This document shows positions 28,406-38,114 of a stretch of 64,000 nt of DNA, piece by piece. The notes beneath the pieces were generated by a model. The model saw only the letters and a program-made list of their open reading frames with translations. It was not told the origin of the DNA and searched no databases. The DNA is from a virus (taxonomy: Duplodnaviria; Caudoviricetes). Position numbers and translations under genes: made by a program. The DNA is taken from the IMG/VR virus record IMGVR_UViG_3300010429_000387, positions 256,001 to 320,000 of that record; one strand, written 5' to 3'. The stretch's first letter is position 1. Every line of letters starts with the position of its first letter.

Positions 28406-28961
28406 GGCGATGCGGTCGGGTCTTGTTGTATTCGGTCTTCTCGTCGATGGCAGCCCAGAGGTCAATCTCGAAACCCTGAGCCAGGTCGAAGGCGTACTTG
28501 ACCGATAGAGCCAGGAAGAACTCCTCTGACAGGGCGGTCTGGGAGTCAGCGTTCCAGGCCATCGAGATGGCCCAGTTCATACGGGCCAGGTACTCCTCGA
28601 TGTCATCGGCATTGGAGATGATGGGGAGCTTGACTACAGACCTCTCCAGGTCGTACTTCTGCTCTTCGGCGTAGTCAGCCACCCGGATCACGAAGTCAGC
28701 CAGCTCGATGGGGATTCCACATGGCTTGTCGCCCTTCTCACCCTTGGTTGTGTACTTGATGCCCCCTTCTGAGTAGGACTTCTCGTACCAAATCTCGGTT
28801 GGTTCGTGGTGCTCCCGGTGCTCCTCGATGACTTCCGAAACCTCGGATTGCATGAGAAGGGTGATGGCAGACCGGGACCGTGGCTTCTCCCACCAGCCCT
28901 TCTCGTGAGCGATCTTGTTGGCTATCTGGGCGAGTTGATTGAGGGACCGGGGAACTTGCAT
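28386..28961 (-). CDS. MazG-like NTP pyrophosphohydrolase
   Basis: SEVSE..E, ELAD..IR..D, EK..YN..R..RHG.K. Confidence 0.8.
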   Translation of the reverse strand: MQVPRSLNQLAQIANKIAHEKGWWEKPRSRSAITLLMQSEVSEVIEEHREHHEPTEIWYEKSYSEGGIKYTTKGEKGDKPCGIPIELADFVIRVADYAEEQKYDLERSVVKLPIISNADDIEEYLARMNWAISMAWNADSQTALSEEFFLALSVKYAFDLAQGFEIDLWAAIDEKTEYNKTRPHRHGNKRI

Positions 28962-28970
28962 GGAGGGAGA

Positions 28971-29399
28971 CTACACCGACTCGGTCTTCCGGAAGCGACC
29001 CCACCGGGCAATGACCTGAGTGGTGAGGTCTCGAAGGGTGAGCCGGTCCTCTTCGACCGAGCACCGCTTGTCGAAGGCTAGGTAGCCACGGTCACGGAGG
29101 GTCTTGTCGGCCAGGCCAAGGACGAGGGCCAGGGTGGCGAGAGCGTAACCCTCGTTGCACTTGTCACCCATCTCGAAGATGTTGAAGGCCACCTCGATCA
29201 GCTCCTTGCGGGTCATCTTGAAGTAGGGGCCGACCGGGATGCGCTCGGAGCCGACCTGAACCTCGTTTACATGTAGGCTGATCTCGGCCCGGACGATGCC
29301 CGCTCCAACGCAGCGGAAGCAGATTCCGCCTTGAACGTGGCTGTAGTGAGGGAGGAGACCCTTTCCGGAGCAGCGGGGGCAAACGATGTAGGCCATCAT
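28971..29399 (-). CDS. Zn-finger hypothetical protein (probable early gene)
   Basis: CPRCSGKG...GICFRC.G.G; start placed 5 nt after CGTTGTA. Confidence 0.75.
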   Translation of the reverse strand: MMAYIVCPRCSGKGLLPHYSHVQGGICFRCVGAGIVRAEISLHVNEVQVGSERIPVGPYFKMTRKELIEVAFNIFEMGDKCNEGYALATLALVLGLADKTLRDRGYLAFDKRCSVEEDRLTLRDLTTQVIARWGRFRKTESV

Positions 29400-29404
29400 G
29401 ATGG

Positions 29405-29432
29405 TACAACGTCTCAGCCACGATTTTTTCAA
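29405..29432 (-). promoter_or_regulatory. TTGAAA-N15-CGTTGTA promoter, ATG 5 nt downstream
   Basis: Forward strand shows TACAACG at 29405-29411 and TTTCAA at 29427-29432. Confidence 0.75.
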
Positions 29433-29463
29433 CTTGAAACCGACCGACGGTGTAAAGATGATC

Positions 29464-30312
29464 GTGCGACCCCCTAGAGCGATCCGAAGTGGCAAGGAAG
29501 CAGGATTTCCGTATTCGCTTTCCCGCTGGACAGATGTGCCGGTAGCCAAGTGGGCCTGGTTCAAAGAGGCCCTGAAAGAGGGTCGGATGATCGGGTTCGA
29601 TCCCTCCACCGGGGTCCCAGCCCACTGGTCGCTTCGGCCGGATGATACCCTCGGGCTGGTATTCTGGACGAAGGACCCGACCAACCTCATCTTCGAGAAC
29701 CCCCAAGATCGTGGCTACAAGGTCAAGGTCCACATCACGGTGACCGGCTGGGAAGAAGTAGAGAAGGGGGCGCCCAGTCTTCGGGCGGGAGCCAACACCC
29801 TCGGGATGGCGGCCTCGGTCTTCAAGCCGGAGAACGTCTTCTGGAGGTTCTCTCCGGTTCCGATGGTCACGGACGTGGTAGAGAGGTTCGACACCATCCT
29901 GGCGATGGCGGCCTACCACGGTCTTCAGCGGGTCTACCTCTCGTTCCTTCAAGACAACGACCTGATGCCCGAGACCAGGACCGACCAGGAGCGGATCAAC
30001 GTGCTGGTCCAGATTGCCGAACGGGCGGAGCGTCGTGGGGTTCGAGTCCTTCTTTGCAACGAAGACCGGTTCCTCTTGGGTCACCCTGAGCTGCACCCGA
30101 ACCTCGGGTCCGGGGTCTGTGCTCCTCCCGAGGACTTTTCGATGCAGGGACTTCAGAAGCCCCCCTCAGAGGGTTGTGGGTGCGTACTCATGGTGGACCC
30201 CTTCACGATCAACGAAACGTGTACGATGGGGTGCTCCTACTGCTACGCTGCCGACAAGAGCCTGAGTCCGAAGCGTAGGAATACAACCCAAAGCCTCCCC
30301 GTGGTTTCATGA
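29464..30312 (+). CDS. DUF1848-like (radical-SAM-related) protein
   Basis: S.SR.TD.P, VFWTKDP, WRF.P, CGC...D...C..GC.YCYA; GTG 9 nt after GGTGTA. Confidence 0.8.
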   Translation: MRPPRAIRSGKEAGFPYSLSRWTDVPVAKWAWFKEALKEGRMIGFDPSTGVPAHWSLRPDDTLGLVFWTKDPTNLIFENPQDRGYKVKVHITVTGWEEVEKGAPSLRAGANTLGMAASVFKPENVFWRFSPVPMVTDVVERFDTILAMAAYHGLQRVYLSFLQDNDLMPETRTDQERINVLVQIAERAERRGVRVLLCNEDRFLLGHPELHPNLGSGVCAPPEDFSMQGLQKPPSEGCGCVLMVDPFTINETCTMGCSYCYAADKSLSPKRRNTTQSLPVVS

Positions 30313-30581
30313 ACTTCAAGCCTGCCCCATTCCTGACCCCAGAAGACCTGGGGATTGACCTCGAAGAAGACTCAGAGGGTGTTACCGCTGAGGAGGTCCA
30401 GGGTGCCATCGAGACCTATTCTCTTGAGGACTTCGTTGCCAAGGCCAAGGAGGCGGTCCTAGGGTCTCCTGGATTCGAGCCGGTGTTCAGCCTGAAAAGA
30501 AAGGGTGGGATCCTCTATGGACGCCTCACCCTCGGAGAGTCCCCCACCTACTTCAAAGCCGAGTGGCTGAGGAAACCATGA
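30309..30581 (+). CDS. Hypothetical protein
   Basis: ATGA coupling. Confidence 0.65.
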   Translation: MNFKPAPFLTPEDLGIDLEEDSEGVTAEEVQGAIETYSLEDFVAKAKEAVLGSPGFEPVFSLKRKGGILYGRLTLGESPTYFKAEWLRKP

Positions 30582-30916
30582 GCGACCCGAATGATCCCTG
30601 TGATGAGCAGCCCCATGGCATCGGCTTCGAGCCCACCCTCTGTGATGGGGACACCTCGAACAACGAATGGTTCGGGGAAGGCGTGTGCCTTCTCGACACC
30701 ATGACCAAGGACCAGGTCATCTACACGATCCAGAGGAACCCCAAGGCCAGGACGGACCTGGCTAGGGTCACGACCTGCGAAGAACTACACGAACTTCTTC
30801 GGGATGTTCCGTTGCTGCCCACCGTCCAGGAAGACGATGAGCAGCAACGGAGGCTGAATCAAGGTGACTGCCTCCCGTTCTACAACCTGTTTCGTGGGAA
30901 CTGCGGGGACCGATGA
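30578..30916 (+). CDS. Hypothetical protein
   Basis: ATGA coupling; GAGG RBS. Confidence 0.65.
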   Translation: MSDPNDPCDEQPHGIGFEPTLCDGDTSNNEWFGEGVCLLDTMTKDQVIYTIQRNPKARTDLARVTTCEELHELLRDVPLLPTVQEDDEQQRRLNQGDCLPFYNLFRGNCGDR

Positions 30917-31305
30917 GCAGTAGCCCGGCACGCAAGCTCCGGAGGGCAGGGGGCGGGGGTCAGGTACCTAACCCAGCCAAGGCCCTTGAGGGGCTGGCTC
31001 AGGTAGGAGACCTGGCCTCGAAGATCGACAGGTTCGTGGAAGCCTCAGAGCGGATGCAGGAGCTTGCCGAGGGGTATGCAGGTCTTGACGAGATCATCGA
31101 GACCTTGAAAACCGCCCAAGCGGCGGTAGAGTCTGTCCAGGAACGCCTTACTTCCATGGAGGCCCAGCAAGAGCTTCACCGGAAGACGGTTCTCCGAATA
31201 CTCTACTACTTCAAGCAGTTCTTCACTGAAGGCTCTCTGATTCCATCCGAGCTGGAAGCCCTTGAAGCCCAACTCACCCCGACCAAGGCAGATGAACCAG
31301 GATGA
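30913..31305 (+). CDS. Coiled-coil hypothetical protein
   Basis: ATGA coupling; heptad pattern. Confidence 0.65.
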   Translation: MSSSPARKLRRAGGGGQVPNPAKALEGLAQVGDLASKIDRFVEASERMQELAEGYAGLDEIIETLKTAQAAVESVQERLTSMEAQQELHRKTVLRILYYFKQFFTEGSLIPSELEALEAQLTPTKADEPG

Positions 31306-31523
31306 AGACCTCAAGAACTCACGAGCCGACCAAGCAGATAGCTCCGATAGGTCCTCTGGCTTGGGACGCCCTCCTGTCGAAGGCCATCAAGCGGGCCGAA
31401 GCCAAGGGGGACCCACGTTTGGAAGGTCTTCGGAAGGCCATCCGAGAGGGGAAGTCGGAGTCAATTCTCCGGAGGTACGGGATCATCTCCGAGCGGGACC
31501 TGGAGCGAGAGTTCCCAGGTTGA
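31302..31523 (+). CDS. Hypothetical protein
   Basis: ATGA coupling. Confidence 0.6.
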   Translation: MKTSRTHEPTKQIAPIGPLAWDALLSKAIKRAEAKGDPRLEGLRKAIREGKSESILRRYGIISERDLEREFPG

Positions 31524-31816
31524 GTGACCCCTCAGAGGTACTTCTTCAGGCTTTTCTCGATGGTAACTTTGAGCGAGCCTACTCAGCAGCCCTTGAACTA
31601 CAGGTAGCCTATCGAGAAGCACTGGCCGAAGCCTCGAAAGTGAGATTCAAGCTGAACTTCGGGACGGGTATCTGTCAGAACTGCGAGGGACTCAAGGCAG
31701 GGCCAGGTGTCACTGCCACTTGTTTCCAGATTCAGCGGTGTGACTTCAAGAACATCAAGGAGGGGGACGAAGATCCACATCAGGCCCGTGTCATCGACAA
31801 GTTGACCTCCAAGTAG
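31520..31816 (+). CDS. Cys-containing hypothetical protein
   Basis: TTGA coupling; CxxC...C..C. Confidence 0.55.
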   Translation: MSDPSEVLLQAFLDGNFERAYSAALELQVAYREALAEASKVRFKLNFGTGICQNCEGLKAGPGVTATCFQIQRCDFKNIKEGDEDPHQARVIDKLTSK

Positions 31817-31934
31817 AAGTTGACTAAATTCCGATGACACCACATCATACCTCCGACCCTTCTAAATTGAATGACCGGTACCGTACCCGGTGTACTGAGG
31901 CTAGAGCCTACCAGATGAGAAAGGACCAACACAG

Positions 31935-32810
31935 ATGAAAGAGAGATCCAAGAGCGACCTCCTTGCGGAGCAGTTGCTCACGGCGAAGGAAGCCGAGTTG
32001 GCTGACTGGGCTGCCAAGCATGAGGAAGCTATTGCTGGCTACAATGAGACAGCAGAGCAGATCAAGAAGCTCAGGGCTGCTCTTGGTATGGATGAGACCG
32101 TAGCGTCTCTCCCTGAGGTCAAGTTGGCAGCAGCTCCCACCAAGGCCAAGAGCGCCCCCAAGGCCAAGAGCACCCCCAAGGCCAAGTCAAAGCCAAAGGC
32201 GAAGGCCAAGAAGAAGGCCAAGAGCGCCCCCAAGGCGAAGGCTTCACCCAAGGTCAAAGGTGGAAGGAAGTCCGCCTCCAAGTCGGTCCCCAGGCTCATC
32301 GAAGCCATCCAGATCGTGATGGGCAAGTCCACTGCAACGGGGGCAGAGATCCATGCTGAGCTGAAGCGACGGCATTGGCTGCCCAACTCGGATGACCCGC
32401 TTGGTTACATCCGCTACACCCTGTCTGCCAACAAGAACCTGTTCCTCCGTGTCGAGGGCGACCGAGGTCACTACTACCTCGATCCGTCGAACCCCTACGC
32501 TTCCGGGAAGAAGACCCACGACGAACCGAAGGAAGAGTCTGTCCCGGCCCCCAAGGCCGCTGTGGTTGCCCCTGAACCAGTGGTAGCAGAGGTCCCCAAG
32601 GCTGAGCCCAAGAAGGCTGAGCCCAAGGTGGAGGCCAAGAAGGCTGAGCCCAAGAAGGCTGAGCCCAAGGTGGAGGCCCCCAAGGTGGAGGCCAAGAAGG
32701 CCGAGCCCAAGAAGGCTGCCCCTGTGGTGGTTGACCCCCTCGACCCCGAGTCCCCCGAGGCAATCGTTGACTCGATCCTCAGCAGTCACGGAGTTGGGTC
32801 CTTCTCCTGA
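31935..32810 (+). CDS. Histone H1-like Lys/Ala/Pro-rich DNA-binding protein with central winged-helix-like domain
   Basis: KAKSAP repeats, IEAI..VM...EI..EL...W...Y.LS.N..LF segment, KAEPK repeats; own GGTGTA site, RBS and terminator. Confidence 0.7.
   Translation: MKERSKSDLLAEQLLTAKEAELADWAAKHEEAIAGYNETAEQIKKLRAALGMDETVASLPEVKLAAAPTKAKSAPKAKSTPKAKSKPKAKAKKKAKSAPKAKASPKVKGGRKSASKSVPRLIEAIQIVMGKSTATGAEIHAELKRRHWLPNSDDPLGYIRYTLSANKNLFLRVEGDRGHYYLDPSNPYASGKKTHDEPKEESVPAPKAAVVAPEPVVAEVPKAEPKKAEPKVEAKKAEPKKAEPKVEAPKVEAKKAEPKKAAPVVVDPLDPESPEAIVDSILSSHGVGSFS
32141..32255 (+). repeat. Imperfect 18-nt coding repeats (KAKSAP)
   Basis: AAGGCCAAGAGCGCCCCC-type units. Confidence 0.75.
32595..32720 (+). 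repeat. Coding tandem repeats of 15-nt units (KAEPK/VEAK)
   Basis: AAGGCTGAGCCCAAG recurs about 5 times, interleaved with GTGGAGGCC. Confidence 0.8.
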
Positions 32811-32823
32811 TCCGACCAAGGAG

Positions 32824-32868
32824 AAAATCAGGGGTGTTGGGTAACTACCCGACACCCCTGATTTTTTC
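32824..32868 (+). terminator. Intrinsic terminator
   Basis: Stem of about 20 bp, AAAATCAGGGGTGTTGGGTA / TACCCGACACCCCTGATTTT, plus T run. Confidence 0.85.
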
Positions 32869-32883
32869 TGGTGTATTATCATC

Positions 32884-33237
32884 GTGACCTCAAGCCACCG
32901 AACACTCTTGGCGGTTACCCGACTCCTGAAGTCCCAAATGAGGCTCTTTGTCTATGAGCGGAAGAGTTCCGAGGGGGCAGGTGACTACTGGGAACCCTTT
33001 CTCACAGTAGAGCAGGACTTCCTGATCGGTGCTCAGGGGGAGTGGACGGAGGTGCTCCAGCAATGGATGTCCCAGGGTGGGTCCAAGGAGGAGCTTGACT
33101 TCCTGGTCCAGCAGGGGTGCAAGGAGGCTCGGTTGGGGGTGGTTCGAGCCCTTACTGAGAGGGTTCCGGAGGTGGACAGCATCTTAGCTGACTTCCTCGC
33201 TTCTGGCCGGTGTTGCATCCTCCAAGGGAACAACTGA
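32884..33237 (+). CDS. Hypothetical protein
   Basis: GGTGTA 8 nt upstream of GTG; TGATG coupling downstream. Confidence 0.6.
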   Translation: MTSSHRTLLAVTRLLKSQMRLFVYERKSSEGAGDYWEPFLTVEQDFLIGAQGEWTEVLQQWMSQGGSKEELDFLVQQGCKEARLGVVRALTERVPEVDSILADFLASGRCCILQGNN

Positions 33238-33764
33238 TGGAGCTTGGCGATCTGGTTCAGTACCAAGACAAGCGGTGGCTGGTCACGAGCTACGACCGGG
33301 TAGCTCGCCTGATGACACTCTACAGCCTGGATGGGTCGAAGATAGAGCTTCCTCGGGAGTTCGACCGGACCCACACGGCTGAGCTGGGGGTTGTTGCCAA
33401 CCCTCCGAAGCAATGGCCGATGCTGACTGCTCCCTTCAAGAGCGGGGCGGGTCCTTTCGTCAGGTTGGTTGTCCCTGGACCCCCTGGCAGGGACTCTGAG
33501 AGGGTTCTGGAACCTTGGGTGGATTGGGTCCCGAGCGACTTTGCCAGAGAGGGCGGGTCCTTCTTCGTTCGACCCGAGGTCCGACTCCTTCCCGGTATGC
33601 TCTTGTTGGCAACCCATAGAAGTGGGTCCTTGATCCGGATCGTCGTGCCCAAGACGTTCGGCACGGTGGCTCACCGGGTGGCAGTTTCCAAGGCCAGGGC
33701 GCCAGCCGCAAGGCCATCCGAACAGAACCGATTCACCAGACTCTTCAATGACGATGACGACTAA
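33237..33764 (+). CDS. Hypothetical protein (SH3-like N-terminus) with C-terminal NRFTRLF tag
   Basis: TGATG coupling. Confidence 0.7.
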   Translation: MELGDLVQYQDKRWLVTSYDRVARLMTLYSLDGSKIELPREFDRTHTAELGVVANPPKQWPMLTAPFKSGAGPFVRLVVPGPPGRDSERVLEPWVDWVPSDFAREGGSFFVRPEVRLLPGMLLLATHRSGSLIRIVVPKTFGTVAHRVAVSKARAPAARPSEQNRFTRLFNDDDD

Positions 33765-34392
33765 GCGCAAGCTCCCCATAGTGGTCGAGAACTCGGTCGG
33801 AAAGGTCGAAGTTCTTCGGCACGATATGGCTTCGAGCTTCGAGCGAAGAATCCAGGATGAGATCCCCAAGCACGGGGCTAGGGTCACCTGTAGCACTGGA
33901 TGTGCTTGGTGCTGTTACCACCCAATAGCCATCTCGATCCTTGAGGGAATCCTCATCTACCGGTGGCTCCTGAAGCATCGAAAGTGGACCCTCGGACTCA
34001 AGGAGAGGTTGAGGTCCACAGCGGACAAGCAGTTCGGGACGACCTACGAGATGTGGCTCCTCTCGATGATCCCATGCCCCCTCTTGAACGAGAAGAAGCG
34101 CTGTATGGCCTACCTCGCAAGGCCACTGATCTGTCGAGCTTACTACGCCATCTCAGACCCATACTACTGTCACCCTCATCGACTTGGCGACTCCACCCAG
34201 ATCATTCCTCGTGACGACATAGCGGATCCTTTCCACCTGGAGCAGGAGAAGATTCTGCGAAAGCACAACCTCCAGATGATGACGATGCCCATCGGGTCAG
34301 CCTTGCTACTGGCTGAGAGGGTCTGCTTGGGGGAGGTGGATCTAGACACCATCGACTCCATTCTCCTCAAGGAATACGGGGAAAAGGGATGA
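33748..34392 (+). CDS. YkgJ/FliB-like Cys-cluster (CxxxCxxCC) protein
   Basis: CSTGCAWCC, CPLL...C..Y..RPLICR.Y. Confidence 0.85.
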   Translation: MTMTTKRKLPIVVENSVGKVEVLRHDMASSFERRIQDEIPKHGARVTCSTGCAWCCYHPIAISILEGILIYRWLLKHRKWTLGLKERLRSTADKQFGTTYEMWLLSMIPCPLLNEKKRCMAYLARPLICRAYYAISDPYYCHPHRLGDSTQIIPRDDIADPFHLEQEKILRKHNLQMMTMPIGSALLLAERVCLGEVDLDTIDSILLKEYGEKG

Positions 34393-34691
34393 AACTCACA
34401 TGTTCTGTATGTGGTCGAGAGCGTGATGAGGAGGCGATGACCATCTTCTCACCGACTACCAAGGAGAAGGCAGCCATGCGGAAGATGGGTGAGGAGAAGC
34501 CCCTCGACAAGTACCCCTTCTGTCGGGCTTGTATTAGGCTGCTCTCCAAGCCAGAGACGGCGATTCCCCTGATGAAGGGGATCGTCCAGTTCAAGGCCCG
34601 CTCTGCTGGTGTATCGGTACAGGATGCTGAGGCCATTGCGGAGCGGTATGGGAACAAGGTCCTGGCTGTGACTCCTAAGCCTCGCTCGTGA
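34389..34691 (+). CDS. Zn-finger hypothetical protein
   Basis: CSVC...CRAC; ATGA coupling. Confidence 0.7.
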   Translation: MKLTCSVCGRERDEEAMTIFSPTTKEKAAMRKMGEEKPLDKYPFCRACIRLLSKPETAIPLMKGIVQFKARSAGVSVQDAEAIAERYGNKVLAVTPKPRS

Positions 34692-34698
34692 GAGACCC

Positions 34699-35187
34699 AT
34701 GACCCAACCAATGCCCCCTGAAGCTGCCCAGATGATGGCAGAGGCCCTCCGGCAGTCGATGCCGGGGATGAAAACCCAGGCCCAGTTCACCAGCTTCATG
34801 CTGGCCTTTGACTCCTTCCGACTTCTGTGTGACTCGATCTTCTCTGGGGACCGGAACCGAGAAGCAGACGCAAGGGATGCCTTCGAGAAGGCCATTGGGG
34901 CCGTCCGAACCTCTACCGAGCTGAGCAAGAAGTTCGAGGAAATACCAGAAGAGAGCAGGGGTACCGCCTCGAACCCGTTCGTCCAACCCCCGAACCAGTT
35001 CCAGGAGTATGACATTCAAAAGAAGCTCCTGGGCGAACTCGGGCGGATCGTCAGTAGGGACGAGCTGAACAAGTGGTACGCTGAAACCAAACCAGAGCGT
35101 GATCGGGTGGTCTCTCAAACGCTTAGGAATGTTTTGATAGATAGCATCCGAGAGAAGAAGGACGCTCTTGAGCGCAAGGAAGGTTAA
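34699..35187 (+). CDS. Hypothetical protein
   Basis: Operonic ORF with typical codon bias. Confidence 0.7.
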   Translation: MTQPMPPEAAQMMAEALRQSMPGMKTQAQFTSFMLAFDSFRLLCDSIFSGDRNREADARDAFEKAIGAVRTSTELSKKFEEIPEESRGTASNPFVQPPNQFQEYDIQKKLLGELGRIVSRDELNKWYAETKPERDRVVSQTLRNVLIDSIREKKDALERKEG

Positions 35188-35192
35188 CACCG

Positions 35193-36365
35193 ATGACCCT
35201 CGATGCTGATAAGCTACAAACCATCAGAACCATCGTGACACATGAGAACTGCTCTGATGGTCTGGCGTCGGCCATGATCCTGAAGAGCGTTCTTCCTGGC
35301 GCCAACGTGGTGTTCCTCTCTTACAACTCGGCAGCTCACAAGGAGCTTTCAGCCATCCCTGGGATGATCTTCTGCGACTTCAGCCCCTATGTGGAGCGAG
35401 TCCAGGAGTTCATCGACGCTGGGGCCATCGTTCTGGACCACCACAAGTACCAGAAGGACGTGGTCGAGGCGTTCGGTGCCAACGGGGTCTTTGCCGATGA
35501 GACCACCAATCCTGGGGTCGCTGGAGCACTCTTGGCCTACCAAGAGGTGTGGCTTCCCCTCGTGAAGTCGGATCCCCAGAGCTACCTGAATGGTGGTGCT
35601 CGTTTGGCCTTCGAGCAGTATCAGCTACAGCTTTCACAGTTGAAGGCTTCTGTTTCTGACCAGCTACTCAAGAGCCTTGGCGAGAAGCCCTCCGTTCAGT
35701 CAATCGACCAGAACCCCGAGGTGGTCCAACTCAACCAGTTCATCGAGAACCTTGTGACCAAGGGGACCTTCTCCAATACGGTGGAGAGGTTCGCCAGGTT
35801 GATCAGCACTCGGGACACCTGGCAGACTCAGTCCGAGCTATGGCACGCTGCCCGTGAGGCACATGAGGCTCTTCAGTTCTTCTCCAAGGACACCTGGCTG
35901 AAGACCCCCATCTTCCCGAACAACGGGGAAGAAGTGGAGTGGAATATCCGAATGAGCATGGGCCACTTCCTGGTCGAGAAGCAGGATCGGAAGACGGCCA
36001 AGGTTCTGGAGGGTGCCTACAAGGGTACCACTCCCAATGGGCTCAAGGTGCTCATCCACCAGGGTGTCTCGGCCACAAGTGACGTGGCTGAGATGTCCAC
36101 GGGCAACGTTGACTTGATCCTCGGGTTCAGCTACTTCTCAGAGAAGGACGATGACCTGGTCAACTGGCCTGGGGCTGGGAACGCTGTTGGACCCAAGATC
36201 GCAGTCTCTTGCCGGACTCGTAACGGGTTCGATGTGGGTGCATTCGCCAAGGCCCACGGGGGTGGCGGACACACCAAGGCAGCAGGGTTCAGCTTCAACG
36301 TGAAGCCGGAGGATCCCAACCCATACATCTACCTCCTCAATCTCGTCAAAGCGTATACGCCGTAG
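35193..36365 (+). CDS. DHH/DHHA1 phosphoesterase (NrnB/oligoribonuclease-like)
   Basis: H.NC.DG..SA, FCDFS, LDHHK, RD.W, S.R, GGGGH..AAGF. Confidence 0.88.
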   Translation: MTLDADKLQTIRTIVTHENCSDGLASAMILKSVLPGANVVFLSYNSAAHKELSAIPGMIFCDFSPYVERVQEFIDAGAIVLDHHKYQKDVVEAFGANGVFADETTNPGVAGALLAYQEVWLPLVKSDPQSYLNGGARLAFEQYQLQLSQLKASVSDQLLKSLGEKPSVQSIDQNPEVVQLNQFIENLVTKGTFSNTVERFARLISTRDTWQTQSELWHAAREAHEALQFFSKDTWLKTPIFPNNGEEVEWNIRMSMGHFLVEKQDRKTAKVLEGAYKGTTPNGLKVLIHQGVSATSDVAEMSTGNVDLILGFSYFSEKDDDLVNWPGAGNAVGPKIAVSCRTRNGFDVGAFAKAHGGGGHTKAAGFSFNVKPEDPNPYIYLLNLVKAYTP

Positions 36366-36383
36366 GCGTGATAGGGGAAAATT

Positions 36384-36425
36384 CCAAGGGCCGGGTGGTA
36401 GTCCCATTCCGGCCCTTGGTCTTTT
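36384..36425. terminator. Hairpin terminator between convergent genes
   Basis: CCAAGGGCCGG...CCGGCCCTTGG followed by TCTTTT. Confidence 0.75.
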
Positions 36426-36491
36426 GTGATCTCGGTGCGAGGGATTTGGGGATGCCCTCCACATAGGATGGGAATCCACCTAGAACGGGGG

Positions 36492-37319
36492 CTAGAGGTT
36501 GGCTCCGATGAGGACTTCCCCGACCATCCCACGCTTGTCCCCGTCGCTGTTGATGCTCCTCTTGGCCTCGATGCGGGCGATTCGGCAGCCCTGGAAGAGC
36601 TTCCTGGTGGTGGACACGTCAGCATTGGACAGGAGAACGGACACTCCTCGGGCAGCCAGGTCCTTGTAGAGTTGGGCCAGCCGTTGGTGGTCCTCGATTC
36701 CGAACCCGTCCTCCGTGTAGGAGACGAAGTTGGCGGTATCGGACTTAGGGAGGTAGGGGGGGTCGAAGTAGACCACGTCCCCTGGTTGGGCACCAGCCAC
36801 CGAGAGGGCGAAGTCCTGGCACTCGATGGTGACCCCCTGAAGGACCTTTGCGGCCTCCAGAATCCCCTCAGAGTCACAGATGGTGGGGTTCGTGTACTTG
36901 CCGAAGGGGACATTGAAGCCCCCGCTCTTGTTGACCCTGTAGAGCCCGTTGAACCCAGCCTTGTTCAAGTAGATGAACCGGGCTGCCCGCTCCTCCAGGG
37001 GGAGGTCGGCGGGGAGCCTGGTCCTCATCTCGTTGAAGAAGTCCCGGTCGTAGGGGTAGGTCTTCAGGATGTCGATGACCCCTTGGGCCTTTCCCGTAGC
37101 GAGGGCTCGGTAGGTATCAGCCAGCTCCGAGTTCATGTCGTTCAGGACGGCCCGCTTGAAGGCCCCTCGGTTGGCAAGAGCGAAGAAGACCGCCCCTCCC
37201 CCCACGAAGGGCTCGTAGTAGGTGTTCATCTGGGCTGGGAGACGGCGGCGAATCGAGGCCAGGAGTTGCCTCTTGCCACCTGCCCACTTCACGAAGGGGG
37301 AGGCTTTGGTCTGGGTCAT
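36492..37319 (-). CDS. dam: Dam-family DNA adenine methyltransferase
   Basis: KWAGGK, EPFVGGG, GFNGLYRVN..G.FNVPFG, DPPY, SN. Confidence 0.93.
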   Translation of the reverse strand: MTQTKASPFVKWAGGKRQLLASIRRRLPAQMNTYYEPFVGGGAVFFALANRGAFKRAVLNDMNSELADTYRALATGKAQGVIDILKTYPYDRDFFNEMRTRLPADLPLEERAARFIYLNKAGFNGLYRVNKSGGFNVPFGKYTNPTICDSEGILEAAKVLQGVTIECQDFALSVAGAQPGDVVYFDPPYLPKSDTANFVSYTEDGFGIEDHQRLAQLYKDLAARGVSVLLSNADVSTTRKLFQGCRIARIEAKRSINSDGDKRGMVGEVLIGANL

Positions 37320-37504
37320 GTATCCTCAAACACCGTTTGGGTGATGGCTACGTGGAACTCTACGGCACCAACTGTGACGATGAGGCCGGGCTCCGTTCCG
37401 AAACCCTTGTCTTTCACCGTTACAGCTTTGATCGATAGATCATTGGCCTCAGCAAACTCTTTGAGGGCCATCACCAGGATGTCCTCAAGGTCTTGTTCGT
37501 CCAT
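37316..37504 (-). CDS. Small hypothetical protein
   Basis: ATGA coupling to dam; start inferred. Confidence 0.55.
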   Translation of the reverse strand: MDEQDLEDILVMALKEFAEANDLSIKAVTVKDKGFGTEPGLIVTVGAVEFHVAITQTVFEDT

Positions 37505-37517
37505 CACCCATCCTGTC

Positions 37518-37769
37518 TTAGTTGAGTGCCCGGAAGATCCACCTCCGGACAGCATTGGTGCGAAGGAAGAGGACATCCCCCTTCAGTTCGTAGGCATCGA
37601 TCTTGAATCGGATCTGGGGCTCGGTTCGACTGTCTATGATGGCCTCAAGCCCATCCTGGGAATCCCTCACCTCTACTTCGACGACCCCGAAGGTAGCGGG
37701 ATCCCATGGCCCCGACTGGATAACATGAAAGAGGGACCTGGGGCGGGGAAGCGTGGACTCGTTGTTCAT
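37518..37769 (-). CDS. Small hypothetical protein
   Basis: GGAGG RBS before the ATG at 37769. Confidence 0.6.
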   Translation of the reverse strand: MNNESTLPRPRSLFHVIQSGPWDPATFGVVEVEVRDSQDGLEAIIDSRTEPQIRFKIDAYELKGDVLFLRTNAVRRWIFRALN

Positions 37770-37821
37770 GTGGACCTCCAAGCGGGAAATTCCGCTTGGT
37801 CCCGTGGTACATGGGGTCCCT

Positions 37822-38067
37822 TCAGCAGGCCAAGTTTTCGGTGACGATTCTTTCCAGCCGGGTCGGGGGTGGCGGGGTAGGAGGCGGAGGTGGACCCGCT
37901 ATCTCGTCCAAAATGGCAAAAACCCGAGCATCTTCCTCGGCTTGTATCTCCTGGATCGCCTGCCAGTGGAGCCCTCGGTACGGAGGTGGTGGAGGCGGAC
38001 GGGGTTGCCGCCTTCCCAGGGCAAAGTACCAACTCGCCTCGATACTGCCGTCATCCTCGAACAACAC
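37822..38067 (-). CDS. Pro-rich hypothetical protein with TRLERIV tag
   Basis: GGTGTA (forward TACACC at 38078-38083) 10 nt upstream of GTG. Confidence 0.6.
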   Translation of the reverse strand: MLFEDDGSIEASWYFALGRRQPRPPPPPPYRGLHWQAIQEIQAEEDARVFAILDEIAGPPPPPTPPPPTRLERIVTENLAC

Positions 38068-38114
38068 TGAAGTCTCCTACACCACTCAGGATTCTCTTAT
38101 GCGTTCGGGTCAGA

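Noticed and set aside
32141-32720. CRISPR array
   Set aside because: The repeats are in-frame 15-18-nt coding units without unique spacers, and no cas genes are present.
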